Assembly: GCA_029717555.1 (NCBI GenBank)
Contig: JAMDHS010000018.1
Location: 1 to 64,000, forward strand
DNA: 64,000 nucleotides
DNA from: Peribolospora baueri
Lineage: Eukaryota
Direction of reading: 5' to 3'
The notes beneath the pieces are model-generated. The model made no database searches, had not been told where the DNA came from, and saw nothing but the letters and a program-made list of their open reading frames with translations. A program made the position numbers and the translations under genes. Below are positions 63,126 through 64,000 of this stretch, piece after piece (positions within the stretch are counted from its first letter, which is position 1; the number at the start of each line of letters is the position of its first letter).

Positions 63126-64000
63126 ACGTTCCCCCCGCCCGGAAGTGGCTCTTTCGGACCCCAAGGGCTGTGCTGCCCCTTTCTGCATCTTTCCTTTCTT
63201 TCGGAGTGCCGTCCTCCTCTCCTTTCGACTTTACGATACCTTATTTGGCTCATTGTGAATTGACAATCATGAGGGGCACAACCCCCCATTGAGCGAGCGC
63301 TTTTCGGAGGCCACTGTGATAATCTTCTTTGAATTGCTCTTGCTCGCTGTTGATTTGGAGGCTCGTCTTGATGTTGCCTACTCTCTGTTTGGATTATGCA
63401 CAAAGGGGTCGTAGCTCTGTTTTCGTCCCTCACAGTTATCGTCTGGGTGTGTGGTTACCCTTTCACTCCTCAACGACAGCTCTACGTGGTTACCTCACGG
63501 TTCTGCTTGTTTCGCGTACCTTTTGTAGTGTGCGCTGTGCTTCGACGACAGGAGGAGAGCGGGACATCGTTGGCAGATCTGTCAGTTGACCTTTTCAGAT
63601 TCTGCTTTCTTTCTCGGTACGCGTCTTAACAGACCGCCTTTTCTTCGAACCGCCCTCTGTTCTCGCTTCTCCAGTTATTTCGAGGCGTCCATGGTGTCTG
63701 TGCTCGAGGACTTGCATCCCGCAGCGCTCGCTTGCCCACAATGACTATGCCAGCTACCGAGATGCGAATATATCATTCGTGATCTCGTAGTCTATTCTTG
63801 TCCCCTTGTAGCTCCCACTTCTGGTTCAGCCCGGTATCTCGCAGCTTCCTTTATCTACTCCACACCTTCAACGTATAAAAATCGATTTTGTGTCGCGTCT
63901 GGTCGTTTCTCTTGTTGTCAACCTTCTTCCCTTCTTTCAAACTCTTTTTTCCTTCACTAGGCGCATTCGGTCTCCAACCCGCACGCATCAACCCTCAATG

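Noticed and set aside
1..64000. Cryptic peroxisomal PTS1 via TGA-CTA readthrough; CRISPR arrays; tRNA, rRNA or snRNA genes; transposons
   Set aside because: None of the modelled stop codons has the TGA CTA context or a clear SKL-type end. By eye I saw no repeat-spacer array, cloverleaf, snRNA core motif, or transposase/RT/LTR/TIR signature.

Overview
Eukaryotic, GC-rich, intron-dense fungal DNA. It is most likely a basidiomycete of the Ustilaginomycotina type, inferred from the GSK3 N-terminus, the ALDH C-terminus and the intron style. Most entries in the six-frame ORF track are fragments or antisense noise, so I rebuilt gene models by hand from GT..AG introns. This gave about 22 spliced protein genes: GSK3, SNAPC1/SNAP43-like, Cdc25-like rhodanese, histidine phosphatase, PP2A scaffold, Ctf8, Mic10, PLC1, PPCDC, GH47 mannosidase, Nog2, Pgs1, an orphan secreted protein, Sys1, Tfb4, Asa1, a TPR protein, two MFS transporters, PP4R2, ALDH and a GABA-type permease. 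The strongest unannotated signal is a complete H/ACA snoRNA (snR191/U19 type, both helix-69 guide pockets intact) inside the 485-nt NOG2 intron. Other points of interest are a fungal SNAPc-subunit-like gene, a 273-nt AG-exclusion zone implying a distant branch point, an ALDH terminal intron whose retention creates a stop codon, a GATA-rich divergent ALDH/permease pair, and recurring promoter motifs. I found no CRISPR array, tRNA, rRNA or recognisable transposon. Family calls rest on motif recognition only; no searches were run.
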